64,000 bases of DNA from Escherichia coli (GTDB lineage: Bacteria > Pseudomonadota > Gammaproteobacteria > Enterobacterales > Enterobacteriaceae): assembly GCF_046105845.1 (NCBI RefSeq), contig NZ_CP151004.1. The stretch is one strand, 5' to 3'. Both the position numbers and the translations under genes were made by a program. The stretch's first letter is position 1. Every line of letters starts with the position of its first letter. Shown here piece by piece: positions 22,089 through 31,717 of this stretch. The notes under the pieces are model-generated. The model had not been told where the DNA came from and made no database searches. It was given only the letters and a program-made list of their open reading frames with translations.

Positions 22089-23476
22089 TGCAAATCGTCT
22101 CTGTCGATATTGGATCGACGTGGACCAAAGCAGCCCTCTTCGCCCGGGAGGGGGACGCGTTAACGTTGGTTAACCACGTACTGACCCCAACCACCACCCA
22201 TCATCTGGCGAAGGGGTTTTTCTCCAGCCTGAACCTGGTGTTAAACGTAGATAATGCCCTCCCCCTGTTTAACAGCGGTGAGGTTGCATTGAAGTATTCC
22301 TCCTCTGCCAAAGGTGGGCTGGCGGTTGCCGCAATGGGATTGGTGCCTTCTATCACCCTGGAAACCGCGAAAGTAACCGCTCACTCTGCGGGTGCTAAAA
22401 TTGCGCAATATTACGCCTACAAGCTGAACCGTCGTGATATCCAGGCACTGGAAGAAACGCAGCCCGATATTCTCTTGTTCACCGGCGGCACCGATGGCGG
22501 AGAAGAAAGCTACGGACTGAATAACGCCCGTGTGTTGGCAGAATCCAAACTCGACTGCGCCATTATTTATGCCGGAAACCGGGATATTCAGGACGAGGTG
22601 CAGGAGATCCTCGGGCATAAAGACCTGACCATCGTCGACAACGTTCTGCCCGATCTTGACCATCCGAACCCTTTAGCTGCACGCCAGGCTATCTGCGACA
22701 TATTCCTTAAACGCATCGTTAAAGGGAAAGGGCTGGATGTCGTTGTTGATAAAACAGGCGAAGAACCAATGCCGACACCGTGGACAGTCTTTGAACTGGT
22801 TAAGGCAATCAGTAATGTCGATCACAGCTGGAAAGAGTTCATGCTGATCGACATGGGTGGCGCAACCACCGATGTCTATTCCGCCTGTGCCAACACGCTC
22901 TCGCCCGACACCGTTTTACACGGCGTACCGGAACCCTTCGTGAAACGGACGGTGGAAGGCGATCTGGGAATGCGCGTCTCGGCAATGGTGGTTGGTGAAA
23001 GTGCGAAAGAGTTAGTCAATGTGAATTTTGCTCAGCAACCCGCACAGCTGGACGCTTTTTATCATTACCTCCGTCATCTAGTCGCTCATCCCGACTACTT
23101 ACCCGCGAATGCAGAAGAAAAATATTTCGATACCGTCCTGGCCGGACTGTGTGTGGGTTATGCCACCGAAAGACATGCGGGCACCAAAAAAGAGGTCTGC
23201 ACCTGCGTCGGCAATGTCGATTTACAGATGGGACGTGACCTGACAACCGTGCGTAAAGTCGTCGGATCCGGCGGATGGCTCTCGCGTGCCAGTCAGTTCG
23301 ATATGCATCACTGGTTGAAATACCGCGAGTTAAACGACGACGGTAAACGCATTCTCTTACCGACCGAATTTGAATATTACCGCGATTCCCGGGGGCTATT
23401 ACCACTGCTGGCAAACGTCGCCAGAGTCGATCCGCTGGCCGCCGCGCGCACCAGTATTCAATGCTTAACCCTATAA
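22088..23476 (+). CDS. glmL: glutamate mutase-associated protein GlmL/MutL (putative mutase reactivase/chaperone)
   Basis: 462 aa; start overlaps the glmS stop (TGATG); N-terminus IVSVDIGSTWTKAALF is an ASKHA-like ATPase fold motif; conserved position between the S and E subunit genes. Confidence 0.85.
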   Translation: MQIVSVDIGSTWTKAALFAREGDALTLVNHVLTPTTTHHLAKGFFSSLNLVLNVDNALPLFNSGEVALKYSSSAKGGLAVAAMGLVPSITLETAKVTAHSAGAKIAQYYAYKLNRRDIQALEETQPDILLFTGGTDGGEESYGLNNARVLAESKLDCAIIYAGNRDIQDEVQEILGHKDLTIVDNVLPDLDHPNPLAARQAICDIFLKRIVKGKGLDVVVDKTGEEPMPTPWTVFELVKAISNVDHSWKEFMLIDMGGATTDVYSACANTLSPDTVLHGVPEPFVKRTVEGDLGMRVSAMVVGESAKELVNVNFAQQPAQLDAFYHYLRHLVAHPDYLPANAEEKYFDTVLAGLCVGYATERHAGTKKEVCTCVGNVDLQMGRDLTTVRKVVGSGGWLSRASQFDMHHWLKYRELNDDGKRILLPTEFEYYRDSRGLLPLLANVARVDPLAAARTSIQCLTL

Positions 23477-23494
23477 CAATTAAGGCTGCAATCA

Positions 23495-24940
23495 ATGGAA
23501 CTTCGAAATAAGAAATTAACCCATGACGAATTCATGACCGAGCGGCAACAGGTACTGAAAACCTGGGAAACCGGCAAGGATGTTGAAAACTTTGAAGATA
23601 GCGTTAAATACCAACAAACCATTCCTGAGCATAAACGCTTCTCTCTTGCGCTGTTGAAAGCAGACAAGGAAGGTAAAACCCTTAGCCAACCGCGCGCAGG
23701 TGTGGCGCTGATGGACGAACACATCGAACTACTGAAAACACTACAAGAAGAGTGCGATCTGCTGCCGAGCACTATCGATGCATATACCCGTCTGAATCGG
23801 TACGAAGAAGCGGCTGTAGGGATTAAAAAATCCATCGAAGCCGGAACCTCTAAACTGAACGGTTTGCCGGTAGTTAACCATGGCGTCGCAGCTTGCCGTC
23901 GCCTCACCGAAGCCCTGCAAAAACCGCTACAGATCCGCCACGGCACGCCAGATGCGCGTCTGCTGGCTGAAATCTCGATGGCCAGCGGCTTTACCAGTTA
24001 TGAAGGCGGCGGCATTTCCTACAATATTCCGTATGCCAAGCGCGTAACGCTGGAAAAATCGATCCGCGACTGGCAGTACTGCGACCGTTTAATGGGGATG
24101 TATGAAGAACACGGGATCCGCATCAACCGCGAACCGTTTGGCCCACTAACGGGTACGCTGATCCCGCCGTTTATCTCGCACTCTATCGCGATAATCGAAG
24201 GATTGCTGGCACTGGAACAGGGTGTGAAATCTATCACCGTTGGTTATGGCCAAGTCGGCAGCCTGACGCAGGATGTTGCGGCGATCCAGTCTCTGCGTGA
24301 ACTTGCACACGAATATTTTCAGAGCTATGGCTATACCGACTATGAATTGAGTACCGTGTTTCACCAGTGGATGGGCGGCTTTCCGGAAGACGAATCGAAA
24401 GCGTTCGCTATTATCTCCTGGGGCGCAGCCGTCGCGGGGATGTCTGGTGCCACCAAAGTCATCACCAAAAGTCCGCACGAAGCCTGGGGAATCCCGACTG
24501 CCGCTGCCAACATTCAGGGGCTGAAAGCCTCCCGCCAGATGCTCAACATGGTCAATGAGCAGAAATTCCCGCCGTGCCCTGCGGTTGAACTGGAAATTGA
24601 ACTGATTAAGAGCGAGGTTCGCGCGGTACTGAATAAAGTGTTCGAACTGGGTAATGGTGATATTGCGCGCGGTACGGTGCTGGCATTTGAAGCGGGCGTA
24701 CTGGATGTGCCGTTTGCGCCAGCCGCCTGCAACGCGGGCAAAATTCTTCCGGTCCGTGACAACACCGGCGCGATACGCGTACTGGAAGCCGGAGCCGTTC
24801 CATTGCCAAAAGATATTCTCGACCTCCACCACGATTACGTTGCGGAACGCGCACGCTTTGAAGGACGCCAACCGACATTCCAGATGGTTGTAGATGACAT
24901 CAATGCTGTATCCCACAGTAAATTAATAGGAAGACCATAA
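23495..24940 (+). CDS. glmE: glutamate mutase (methylaspartate mutase) large E subunit
   Basis: 481 aa; long collinear similarity to Clostridium GlmE/MutE (MELRNKKLT...QPRAGVALMDEHIELL...HQWMGGFPEDESKAF...). Confidence 0.93.
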   Translation: MELRNKKLTHDEFMTERQQVLKTWETGKDVENFEDSVKYQQTIPEHKRFSLALLKADKEGKTLSQPRAGVALMDEHIELLKTLQEECDLLPSTIDAYTRLNRYEEAAVGIKKSIEAGTSKLNGLPVVNHGVAACRRLTEALQKPLQIRHGTPDARLLAEISMASGFTSYEGGGISYNIPYAKRVTLEKSIRDWQYCDRLMGMYEEHGIRINREPFGPLTGTLIPPFISHSIAIIEGLLALEQGVKSITVGYGQVGSLTQDVAAIQSLRELAHEYFQSYGYTDYELSTVFHQWMGGFPEDESKAFAIISWGAAVAGMSGATKVITKSPHEAWGIPTAAANIQGLKASRQMLNMVNEQKFPPCPAVELEIELIKSEVRAVLNKVFELGNGDIARGTVLAFEAGVLDVPFAPAACNAGKILPVRDNTGAIRVLEAGAVPLPKDILDLHHDYVAERARFEGRQPTFQMVVDDINAVSHSKLIGRP

Positions 24941-26181
24941 TGAAAATAAAACAGGCCCTGTTCACCGCTGGCTATTCCTCATTCTATTTCGATGACCAGC
25001 AGGCGATAAAAAACGGAGCGGGTCACGACGGCTTTTTTTATACCGGGGAGCCAGTAACACAGGGGTTTAACGCCGTACGTCAGGCCGGGGAGTGCGTATC
25101 GGTACAGTTGATTCTGGAAAACGGCGCGGTCGCCGTAGGTGACTGTGCTGCCGTACAGTATTCCGGGGCAGGTGGTCGCGATCCACTGTTCCTCGCGGAG
25201 CACTTTATTCCGTTCCTCAACGACCATATCAAGCCATTACTGGTAGGCCGCGATGTGGATGCTTTCCTGCCGAATGCCCGTTTCTTCGACAAATTGCGTA
25301 TTGACGGCAACTTGCTGCATACCGCCGTGCGCTACGGATTATCACAGGCGCTGCTTGATGCTACCGCGCTGGCAACCGGCCGTCTGAAAACTGAAGTGGT
25401 CTGTGATGAATGGCAGTTGCCACGCGTGGCGGAATCCATTCCATTATTTGGTCAGAGCGGCGACGATCGATATATCGCCGTCGATAAGATGATCCTTAAG
25501 GGCATCGACGTGCTGCCCCATGCGCTGATTAATAACGTCGAAGAGAAGCTGGGCTTTAAAGGTGAAAAACTGCGCGAATATGTCCGCTGGCTGTCGGATC
25601 GTATTCTGAGCAAGCGCACCAGCGCACGCTACCACCCTACCCTGCACATCGATGTATACGGCACTATCGGTCTGATCTTCGATATGGATCCGCTTCGCTG
25701 TGCGCAATACATCGCCAGCCTGGAAAAAGAAGCGCAAGGCCTGCCGCTCTACATTGAAGGGCCGGTCGATGCCGGTAACAAGCCCGATCAAATTCGCCTG
25801 CTGTCCGCGATTACCAAAGAGCTGACGCGCCTCGGTTCCGGCGTGAAAATTGTGGCCGATGAATGGTGTAACACCTACCAGGATATTGTTGATTTCACTG
25901 ATGCCGCCAGTTGCCACATGGTGCAAATCAAAACCCCGGATCTGGGCAGTATTCACAACATCGTCGATGCGGTTCTTTACTGCAACAGCCACAGCATGGA
26001 AGCGTACCAGGGCGGCACCTGCAATGAAACTGATGTCAGTGCCCGCACCTGTGTCCACGTCGCCCTTGCCGCTCGCCCTATGCGTATGCTGGTAAAGCCA
26101 GGGATGGGCTTTGACGAAGGCCTCGATATCGTCTTCAACGAAATGAATCGTACTATCGCGCTGTTGCAGGCTAAGGATTAA
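24940..26181 (+). CDS. mal: 3-methylaspartate ammonia-lyase (beta-methylaspartase)
   Basis: 413 aa; start overlaps the glmE stop; strong similarity to Clostridium MAL (AGHDGF.YTG, CAAVQYSGAGGRDPLFLA, ADEWCNT, HMVQIKTPDLG); enolase-superfamily fold. Confidence 0.93.
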   Translation: MKIKQALFTAGYSSFYFDDQQAIKNGAGHDGFFYTGEPVTQGFNAVRQAGECVSVQLILENGAVAVGDCAAVQYSGAGGRDPLFLAEHFIPFLNDHIKPLLVGRDVDAFLPNARFFDKLRIDGNLLHTAVRYGLSQALLDATALATGRLKTEVVCDEWQLPRVAESIPLFGQSGDDRYIAVDKMILKGIDVLPHALINNVEEKLGFKGEKLREYVRWLSDRILSKRTSARYHPTLHIDVYGTIGLIFDMDPLRCAQYIASLEKEAQGLPLYIEGPVDAGNKPDQIRLLSAITKELTRLGSGVKIVADEWCNTYQDIVDFTDAASCHMVQIKTPDLGSIHNIVDAVLYCNSHSMEAYQGGTCNETDVSARTCVHVALAARPMRMLVKPGMGFDEGLDIVFNEMNRTIALLQAKD

Positions 26182-26184
26182 CAA

Positions 26185-27555
26185 ATGGCTCGTTCTTTTA
26201 AAGTCTTATCGCCAACGGCAATCCTCGGGTATGGATTCCCGGAAGAGAGCTTCCGCAAAGCGATGGCAGAATCGCCCGATCTGATCGCCGTTGATGCAGG
26301 CTCTTCCGATCCTGGCCCCCACTACCTCGGAGCGGGCAAACCGTTTACCGATCGCGCAGGGGTCAAGCGCGATCTGCGCTATATGATCACCGCAGGCGTG
26401 CAAAATAATATACCGGTGGTGATCGGAACGGCCGGCGGTTCTGGTGCCGCTCCACACCTGGAGTGGTGCCGAGAAATAATTCATGAGATTGCCCGGGAAG
26501 AGCACCTCTCGTTCTCGATGGCGCTGATCCCGGCAGACGTTGACAAAGCCATCGTCCACCAGGCGCTGGATAACGGCAAAATCACGGCGCTGGATTTTGT
26601 CCCGCCGTTAACCCACGACGCGATTGACGAAAGTACGTATATCGTCGCGCAAATGGGCATCGAACCCTTCCAGCAGGCGCTGAAAGAAGGCGCGCAAGTG
26701 GTGCTGGGCGGGCGCGCTTACGACCCGGCCTGCTTTGCTGCGCTACCGATCATGCAAGGCTTTGATGAAGGTCTGGCGCTGCATTGTGGGAAAATCCTTG
26801 AATGCGCGGCAATCGCCGCAACGCCCGGCTCAGGCTCTGACTGTGCGATGGGCATCATTGATGACAACGGCTTTACGCTGAAGACATTTAATCCGAAGCG
26901 TAAATTTACCGAAACGTCAGCAGCTGCACACACACTGTATGAGAAATCCGATCCCTACTTCCTGCCTGGACCTGGCGGCGTGTTGAACCTGAAAGACTGC
27001 ACATTTAAAGCGGTCAATGACGGCGAAGTGTACGTCAGCGGTTCTAAGCATGAAGAAACGCCGTATGCCCTGAAACTGGAAGGTGCACGACGGGTGGGCT
27101 TCCGCTGTCTGACCATCGCAGGAACGCGCGACCCGATCATGATCGCCGGGATCGATAAAATCATCGATGAAGTCAAAACCAGCGTTTCGCGTAACCTGTC
27201 GCTCGACGATGACAGCATTCACATCAATTTCCACCTGTACGGCAAAAACGGGGTGATGGGCGACCATGAACCGATGCAAACTGCCGGGCATGAGCTGGGG
27301 ATTGTCCTAGATGTAGTTGCGCCGACCCAGGAAATTGCCAACAGCGTTTGCTCGCTGGTGCGCTCTACTATGCTGCACTACGGCTATGAAAACCGCATCG
27401 CTACCGCAGGCAACCTGGCGTTCCCGTTCTCCCCTTCTGATATCCAGGGCGGGCCGGTATACGAATTTTCCATATATCACCTGATTGAAGCCAACGACGC
27501 TCTGCGTTTTGATTTCCATATTGAACAGGTGACGCCAGAAGGAGTTCAGGCATGA
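26185..27555 (+). CDS. uncharacterised protein, possibly DUF1446/AtuA-like family (assignment from memory, unverified)
   Basis: 456-aa ORF 3 nt after the mal stop in the same operon; Gly-rich motif GTAGGSGAAP; no enzymatic family recognised with certainty. Confidence 0.75.
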   Translation: MARSFKVLSPTAILGYGFPEESFRKAMAESPDLIAVDAGSSDPGPHYLGAGKPFTDRAGVKRDLRYMITAGVQNNIPVVIGTAGGSGAAPHLEWCREIIHEIAREEHLSFSMALIPADVDKAIVHQALDNGKITALDFVPPLTHDAIDESTYIVAQMGIEPFQQALKEGAQVVLGGRAYDPACFAALPIMQGFDEGLALHCGKILECAAIAATPGSGSDCAMGIIDDNGFTLKTFNPKRKFTETSAAAHTLYEKSDPYFLPGPGGVLNLKDCTFKAVNDGEVYVSGSKHEETPYALKLEGARRVGFRCLTIAGTRDPIMIAGIDKIIDEVKTSVSRNLSLDDDSIHINFHLYGKNGVMGDHEPMQTAGHELGIVLDVVAPTQEIANSVCSLVRSTMLHYGYENRIATAGNLAFPFSPSDIQGGPVYEFSIYHLIEANDALRFDFHIEQVTPEGVQA

Positions 27556-27869
27556 AACAGTCAATTGTCTCACTGGCGCAAGTCATTCGTTCGAAAAATG
27601 CCGGACCTTACGAACTGGTTTTAGATATTTTATTTAAAACCAAAGAAAACTATGAGCGAGTTAAATCATCAGGGCAATTAACCCCAGAACTGATCGCGCG
27701 CTTATATCATGTTGAACCTGACTTTATTCATCGTATTGTCTGGTTTGATCCTTCTAACGCAGTAAAAATCGTCATGCCACGAGATATTATCTCCGGGAAT
27801 GTAGGTGACAATGATGTCTATGGTGCACAGCAACATGCACCTTTATTAAATATGAGTTTCGATTTGTAA
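27552..27869 (+). CDS. small uncharacterised protein, possibly DUF4387-like partner of the preceding gene
   Basis: 105-aa ORF whose ATG overlaps the upstream stop (ATGA), indicating translational coupling. Confidence 0.7.
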   Translation: MKQSIVSLAQVIRSKNAGPYELVLDILFKTKENYERVKSSGQLTPELIARLYHVEPDFIHRIVWFDPSNAVKIVMPRDIISGNVGDNDVYGAQQHAPLLNMSFDL

Positions 27870-28029
27870 AAATCCGAATACTTTTAGCCAACTGACATCC
27901 CGTCACTTATTGCAGTTCAACACTTCAGCTATTTGTAAGGTTGTAATAGCAGGTAGATGCCTGAATCTCTATTCAGGCATCTACTTCTCCTGATTCTGAT
28001 TTATCGCCGTGCACCTGATGGAGGAAAAA

Positions 28030-29310
28030 ATGAAGAAAATAAGTTTAACCACGATGATTCTTTTGGCGCTGGTACTTGGAATGATTATCGGCGTAGTGCT
28101 CAATAACACTGCTTCACCGGAAACCGCAAAACTCTATGCGCAAGAAATATCGATATTCACGACGATTTTCTTACGACTGATAAAAATGATTATCGCTCCG
28201 TTAGTGGTCTCTACCCTGGTGGTAGGTATAGCTAAAATGGGCGATGCCAAAGCCCTTGGTCGTATTTTTTCTAAAACACTCTTTTTATTTATTTGCGCCT
28301 CATTGCTGTCAATTGCCTTAGGCTTGATAACAGTAAATTTCTTCATGCCAGGCACAGGAATTAATTTTGTTGCACACGGAGTCGAAACCACCGGAGTGGT
28401 CGCGTCAGAACCCTTTACGCTAAAAGTATTTATTTCGCATGCTTTCCCCACCAGCATTGTCGATGCCATGGCGCACAATGAAATTTTGCAAATCGTGGTG
28501 TTCTCAATTTTCCTCGGCTGTAGCCTGACGGCGATTGGCGAGAAAGGCAGCGCCATCGTTCACGCCTTAGATTCGCTGGCACATGCCATGTTAAAGCTCA
28601 CTGGCTACGTCATGCTCTTCGCTCCCCTGACCGTATTCGCTGCTATTTCAGCATTGATTGCTGAACGAGGACTGGCAGTTATGGTGAGCGCCGGGATCTT
28701 TATGGGTGAATTTTATTTCACCATGTTATTACTTTGGGTGCTGCTTATCGGTCTGGCCATCGTTTATGTCGGCCCCTGCATCAGACGCCTGACCCGCGCC
28801 CTTTCGGAACCCGCCCTGCTGGCATTTACCACATCCAGTTCTGAAGCGGCTTTTCCGGGAACGCTTGAAAAACTGGAGCAATTTGGCGTTTCCCCCAAAA
28901 TTGCCAGCTTTGTCTTACCCATTGGCTACTCATTTAATCTCGTTGGATCAATGGCCTACTGCTCCTTCGCCACAGTTTTCATCGCCCAGGCCTGCAATAT
29001 CCATTTATCCATCGGTGAGCAAATCACCATGCTGTTGATCCTGATGTTGACCTCGAAAGGAATGGCTGGCGTACCACGCGCCTCAATGGTGGTTATCGCC
29101 GCCACGCTCAACCAGTTCAATATTCCGGAAGCGGGGCTGATCTTGCTGATGGGCGTTGATCCGTTCCTTGATATGGGGCGTTCCGCGACAAACGTCATGA
29201 GCAACGCAATGGGCGCTGCGATGGTGAGTCGGTGGGAAGGCGAACATTTCGGCGAGGGCTGTCGGGGTAAAGCATTAAAACCCAATGAATCGAACGTTGC
29301 TCTGCCCTGA
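28030..29310 (+). CDS. dicarboxylate/amino acid:cation symporter (GltP/DctA family), probable glutamate or C4/C5-dicarboxylate importer
   Basis: 426 aa from MKKISLTTMILLALVLGMIIG with GGAGG RBS 6 nt upstream; multi-TM profile typical of the DAACS family; ORF-track GTG start at 28009 rejected. Confidence 0.85.
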   Translation: MKKISLTTMILLALVLGMIIGVVLNNTASPETAKLYAQEISIFTTIFLRLIKMIIAPLVVSTLVVGIAKMGDAKALGRIFSKTLFLFICASLLSIALGLITVNFFMPGTGINFVAHGVETTGVVASEPFTLKVFISHAFPTSIVDAMAHNEILQIVVFSIFLGCSLTAIGEKGSAIVHALDSLAHAMLKLTGYVMLFAPLTVFAAISALIAERGLAVMVSAGIFMGEFYFTMLLLWVLLIGLAIVYVGPCIRRLTRALSEPALLAFTTSSSEAAFPGTLEKLEQFGVSPKIASFVLPIGYSFNLVGSMAYCSFATVFIAQACNIHLSIGEQITMLLILMLTSKGMAGVPRASMVVIAATLNQFNIPEAGLILLMGVDPFLDMGRSATNVMSNAMGAAMVSRWEGEHFGEGCRGKALKPNESNVALP

Positions 29311-29417
29311 GGGGGATCTTAAGCAATCAGAAGCCAATGACTACGCATTTTTATAAGCCGGATCATGAAGTTAGACGGCAATTAAGTAACACTAACGTTT
29401 AAGGTGAAAAGTGAAAT

Positions 29418-31070
29418 ATGTCAAAACCATTTATCTGGCAAGAACCGTTTCTACAAAATAAAGACGGTACAGAATATACATTAATTAGCGATCAGCATAT
29501 TACAGTAACGGAATTAGACGGCGAAGAAGTGATAAAAATCGCTCCTGAAGCATTAACGCTGCTTGCCCGGCAGGCATTTTATGAAGCCTCTTTTTTCTTA
29601 CGTTCCGCTCATTTGCAACAGGTCGCCAGCATTCTTAACGATCCGCAGGCCAGTAGTAATGATAAATACGTTGCGTTGCAGTTATTACGTAATGCTGAAG
29701 TCTCAGCAAAAGGGGTATTACCCAACTGTCAGGATACCGGCACCGCAACTATTGTTGCCAGTAAAGGGCAACAGATATGGACGGGAGGTAACGACGCTGA
29801 AGCCTTAAGCAAAGGCATTTACAGTACTTTCCAGGAAAATAATCTGCGCTTTTCACAAAATGCGCCGCTGGATATGTATACCGAAGTCAATACGCAAACC
29901 AATCTCCCGGCGCAGATTGATATCAGCGCTGTCGCTGGTAATGAGTACCATTTTCTCTGTGTTAATAAAGGGGGCGGCTCCGCCAATAAAGCCGCGCTTT
30001 ATCAGGAAACCAAATCCCTATTGCAACCAGAAAAACTGACCGCATTTTTAATCGAAAAAATGAAATCGCTGGGCACCGCTGCCTGCCCGCCTTACCACAT
30101 CGCCTTTGCCGTCGGAGGGCTTTCAGCCGATCAAACCTTAAAAGTTGCCAAGCTGGCCTCAACGAAATATTACGACAATTTGCCCACCAGCGGAAACGAG
30201 CAGGGACAAGCATTCCGTGATATTGAGCTGGAAAAAGTGTTGCTCGAGGCCAGTCAGCAATTTGGTATTGGTGCGCAATTTGGGGGTAAATATTTCGCTC
30301 ATGATATTCGCGTCATTCGTCTGCCGCGTCACGGTGGCTCTTGCCCGATAGCTATGGCGCTCTCCTGTTCTGCCGATCGCAATATCAAAGCAAAAATTAA
30401 CAAGCACGGTATCTGGCTGGAAAAACTCGAACACAATCCGGGGCAATATATTCCAGCCTCACTGCGGGAAGAAAACCACGCGCAACATGTACAACTGGAT
30501 CTAAACCGTCCGTTGCGTGACGTGATGCAGGATCTCGCCAGATTACCGGTAGGCACCCGCGTGTCGTTAAATGGTCCCATCGTAGTGGCGCGCGATATCG
30601 CCCACGCCAAAATAAAAGCGCGGCTGGATAGCGGCGAACCGATGCCGGATTACCTGAAGCATCATATTGTCTATTACGCTGGCCCGGCGAAAACACCTGA
30701 TAACATGGCCTGCGGTTCACTGGGTCCAACCACGGGCGGTCGAATGGACGGTTATGTCGATACCTTCCAGGCGGCTGGCGGCAGCCTGGTGATGTTATCG
30801 AAAGGTAACCGCAGCCAGCAGGTCACCGATGCCTGTCACAAACATGGCGGCTTCAATCTGGGAAGTATTGGCGGTGCAGCTGCGTTACTGGCGCAAGAAT
30901 ATGTCAAAAGTCTGCGTTGCCTGGAATACCCGGAGCTGGGTATGGAAGCGGTGTGGATGATGGAAGTGGAAAATCTGCCCGCATTCATTCTGGTAGATGA
31001 TAAAGGCAATAATTTCTTTAGTCAGTTTGAACAGCAACACCGCTGCGCCAGTTGCCCTGCGGGACATTAA
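29418..31070 (+). CDS. fumD: class I (Fe-S, FumA/FumB-type) fumarate hydratase paralog, probable mesaconase/fumarase
   Basis: 550 aa, collinear with E. coli FumA/FumB throughout (PFIWQEPF..., CQDTGTA, GGGSANK, CPPYHIA, HGGSCP) but clearly divergent; sits in the methylaspartate operon. Confidence 0.9.
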   Translation: MSKPFIWQEPFLQNKDGTEYTLISDQHITVTELDGEEVIKIAPEALTLLARQAFYEASFFLRSAHLQQVASILNDPQASSNDKYVALQLLRNAEVSAKGVLPNCQDTGTATIVASKGQQIWTGGNDAEALSKGIYSTFQENNLRFSQNAPLDMYTEVNTQTNLPAQIDISAVAGNEYHFLCVNKGGGSANKAALYQETKSLLQPEKLTAFLIEKMKSLGTAACPPYHIAFAVGGLSADQTLKVAKLASTKYYDNLPTSGNEQGQAFRDIELEKVLLEASQQFGIGAQFGGKYFAHDIRVIRLPRHGGSCPIAMALSCSADRNIKAKINKHGIWLEKLEHNPGQYIPASLREENHAQHVQLDLNRPLRDVMQDLARLPVGTRVSLNGPIVVARDIAHAKIKARLDSGEPMPDYLKHHIVYYAGPAKTPDNMACGSLGPTTGGRMDGYVDTFQAAGGSLVMLSKGNRSQQVTDACHKHGGFNLGSIGGAAALLAQEYVKSLRCLEYPELGMEAVWMMEVENLPAFILVDDKGNNFFSQFEQQHRCASCPAGH

Positions 31071-31079
31071 GGAAAATGA

Positions 31080-31682
31080 ATGGAAGCGCGAATTTCAACT
31101 GAACGGCATGTGCAGCGCCAGCAGAAATTGAAGGAACAGGTCGATACGCGCGTCGCGGCGGCGATAGAGAAAAAAGGGATCTTGATTGTTTTCACCGGCA
31201 ACGGCAAAGGGAAATCCACTGCCGCGTTTGGTACTGTAACGCGCGCGGTGGGTCATGGCAAAACGGTGGGGGTTGCGCAGTACATCAAGGGGCAATGGGA
31301 CAACGGCGAATACAACCTTCTCCAGCCGCTGGGGGTTGAGTTTCATATTATGGGAACCGGTTTTACCTGGGAGACACAGAACCGGCAAGCGGATATCGAC
31401 GCGGCGAAAGAGGTCTGGTCGGAAAGCAAACGGATGCTGGCTGACAAGCGTTACGACTTAGTGGTGCTTGATGAGCTGACCTATATGCTGGCTTACCATT
31501 ATCTGGATACCGAAGAAGTGATCGCTTCTCTGCAAAACCGCCCGGCACAACAAAGTGTCATTGTCACCGGACGCGGTTGCCACAGTCAGATATTAAAAAT
31601 GGCGGATACGGTCAGCGAAATCCGCCCCGTCAAACATGCTTTTGATAACGGCATTCAGGCCCAGCCGGGTATCGACTGGTAA
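31080..31682 (+). CDS. cob(I)yrinic acid a,c-diamide / cob(I)alamin adenosyltransferase (BtuR/CobA/CobO family)
   Basis: 200 aa; GNGKGKSTAAFG P-loop and collinear similarity to E. coli BtuR; AAGGAAA RBS. Confidence 0.9.
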   Translation: MEARISTERHVQRQQKLKEQVDTRVAAAIEKKGILIVFTGNGKGKSTAAFGTVTRAVGHGKTVGVAQYIKGQWDNGEYNLLQPLGVEFHIMGTGFTWETQNRQADIDAAKEVWSESKRMLADKRYDLVVLDELTYMLAYHYLDTEEVIASLQNRPAQQSVIVTGRGCHSQILKMADTVSEIRPVKHAFDNGIQAQPGIDW

Positions 31683-31685
31683 TAA

Positions 31686-31717
31686 CTGCGCCTGGCATCC
31701 CGCCAGGCGCAGGTTTT
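31686..31717. terminator. bidirectional hairpin terminator between the operon end and the convergent LysR gene
   Basis: ctgcgcctgg-catcccg-ccaggcgcag stem-loop followed by tttt; overlaps the LysR stop codon on the other strand. Confidence 0.55.
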
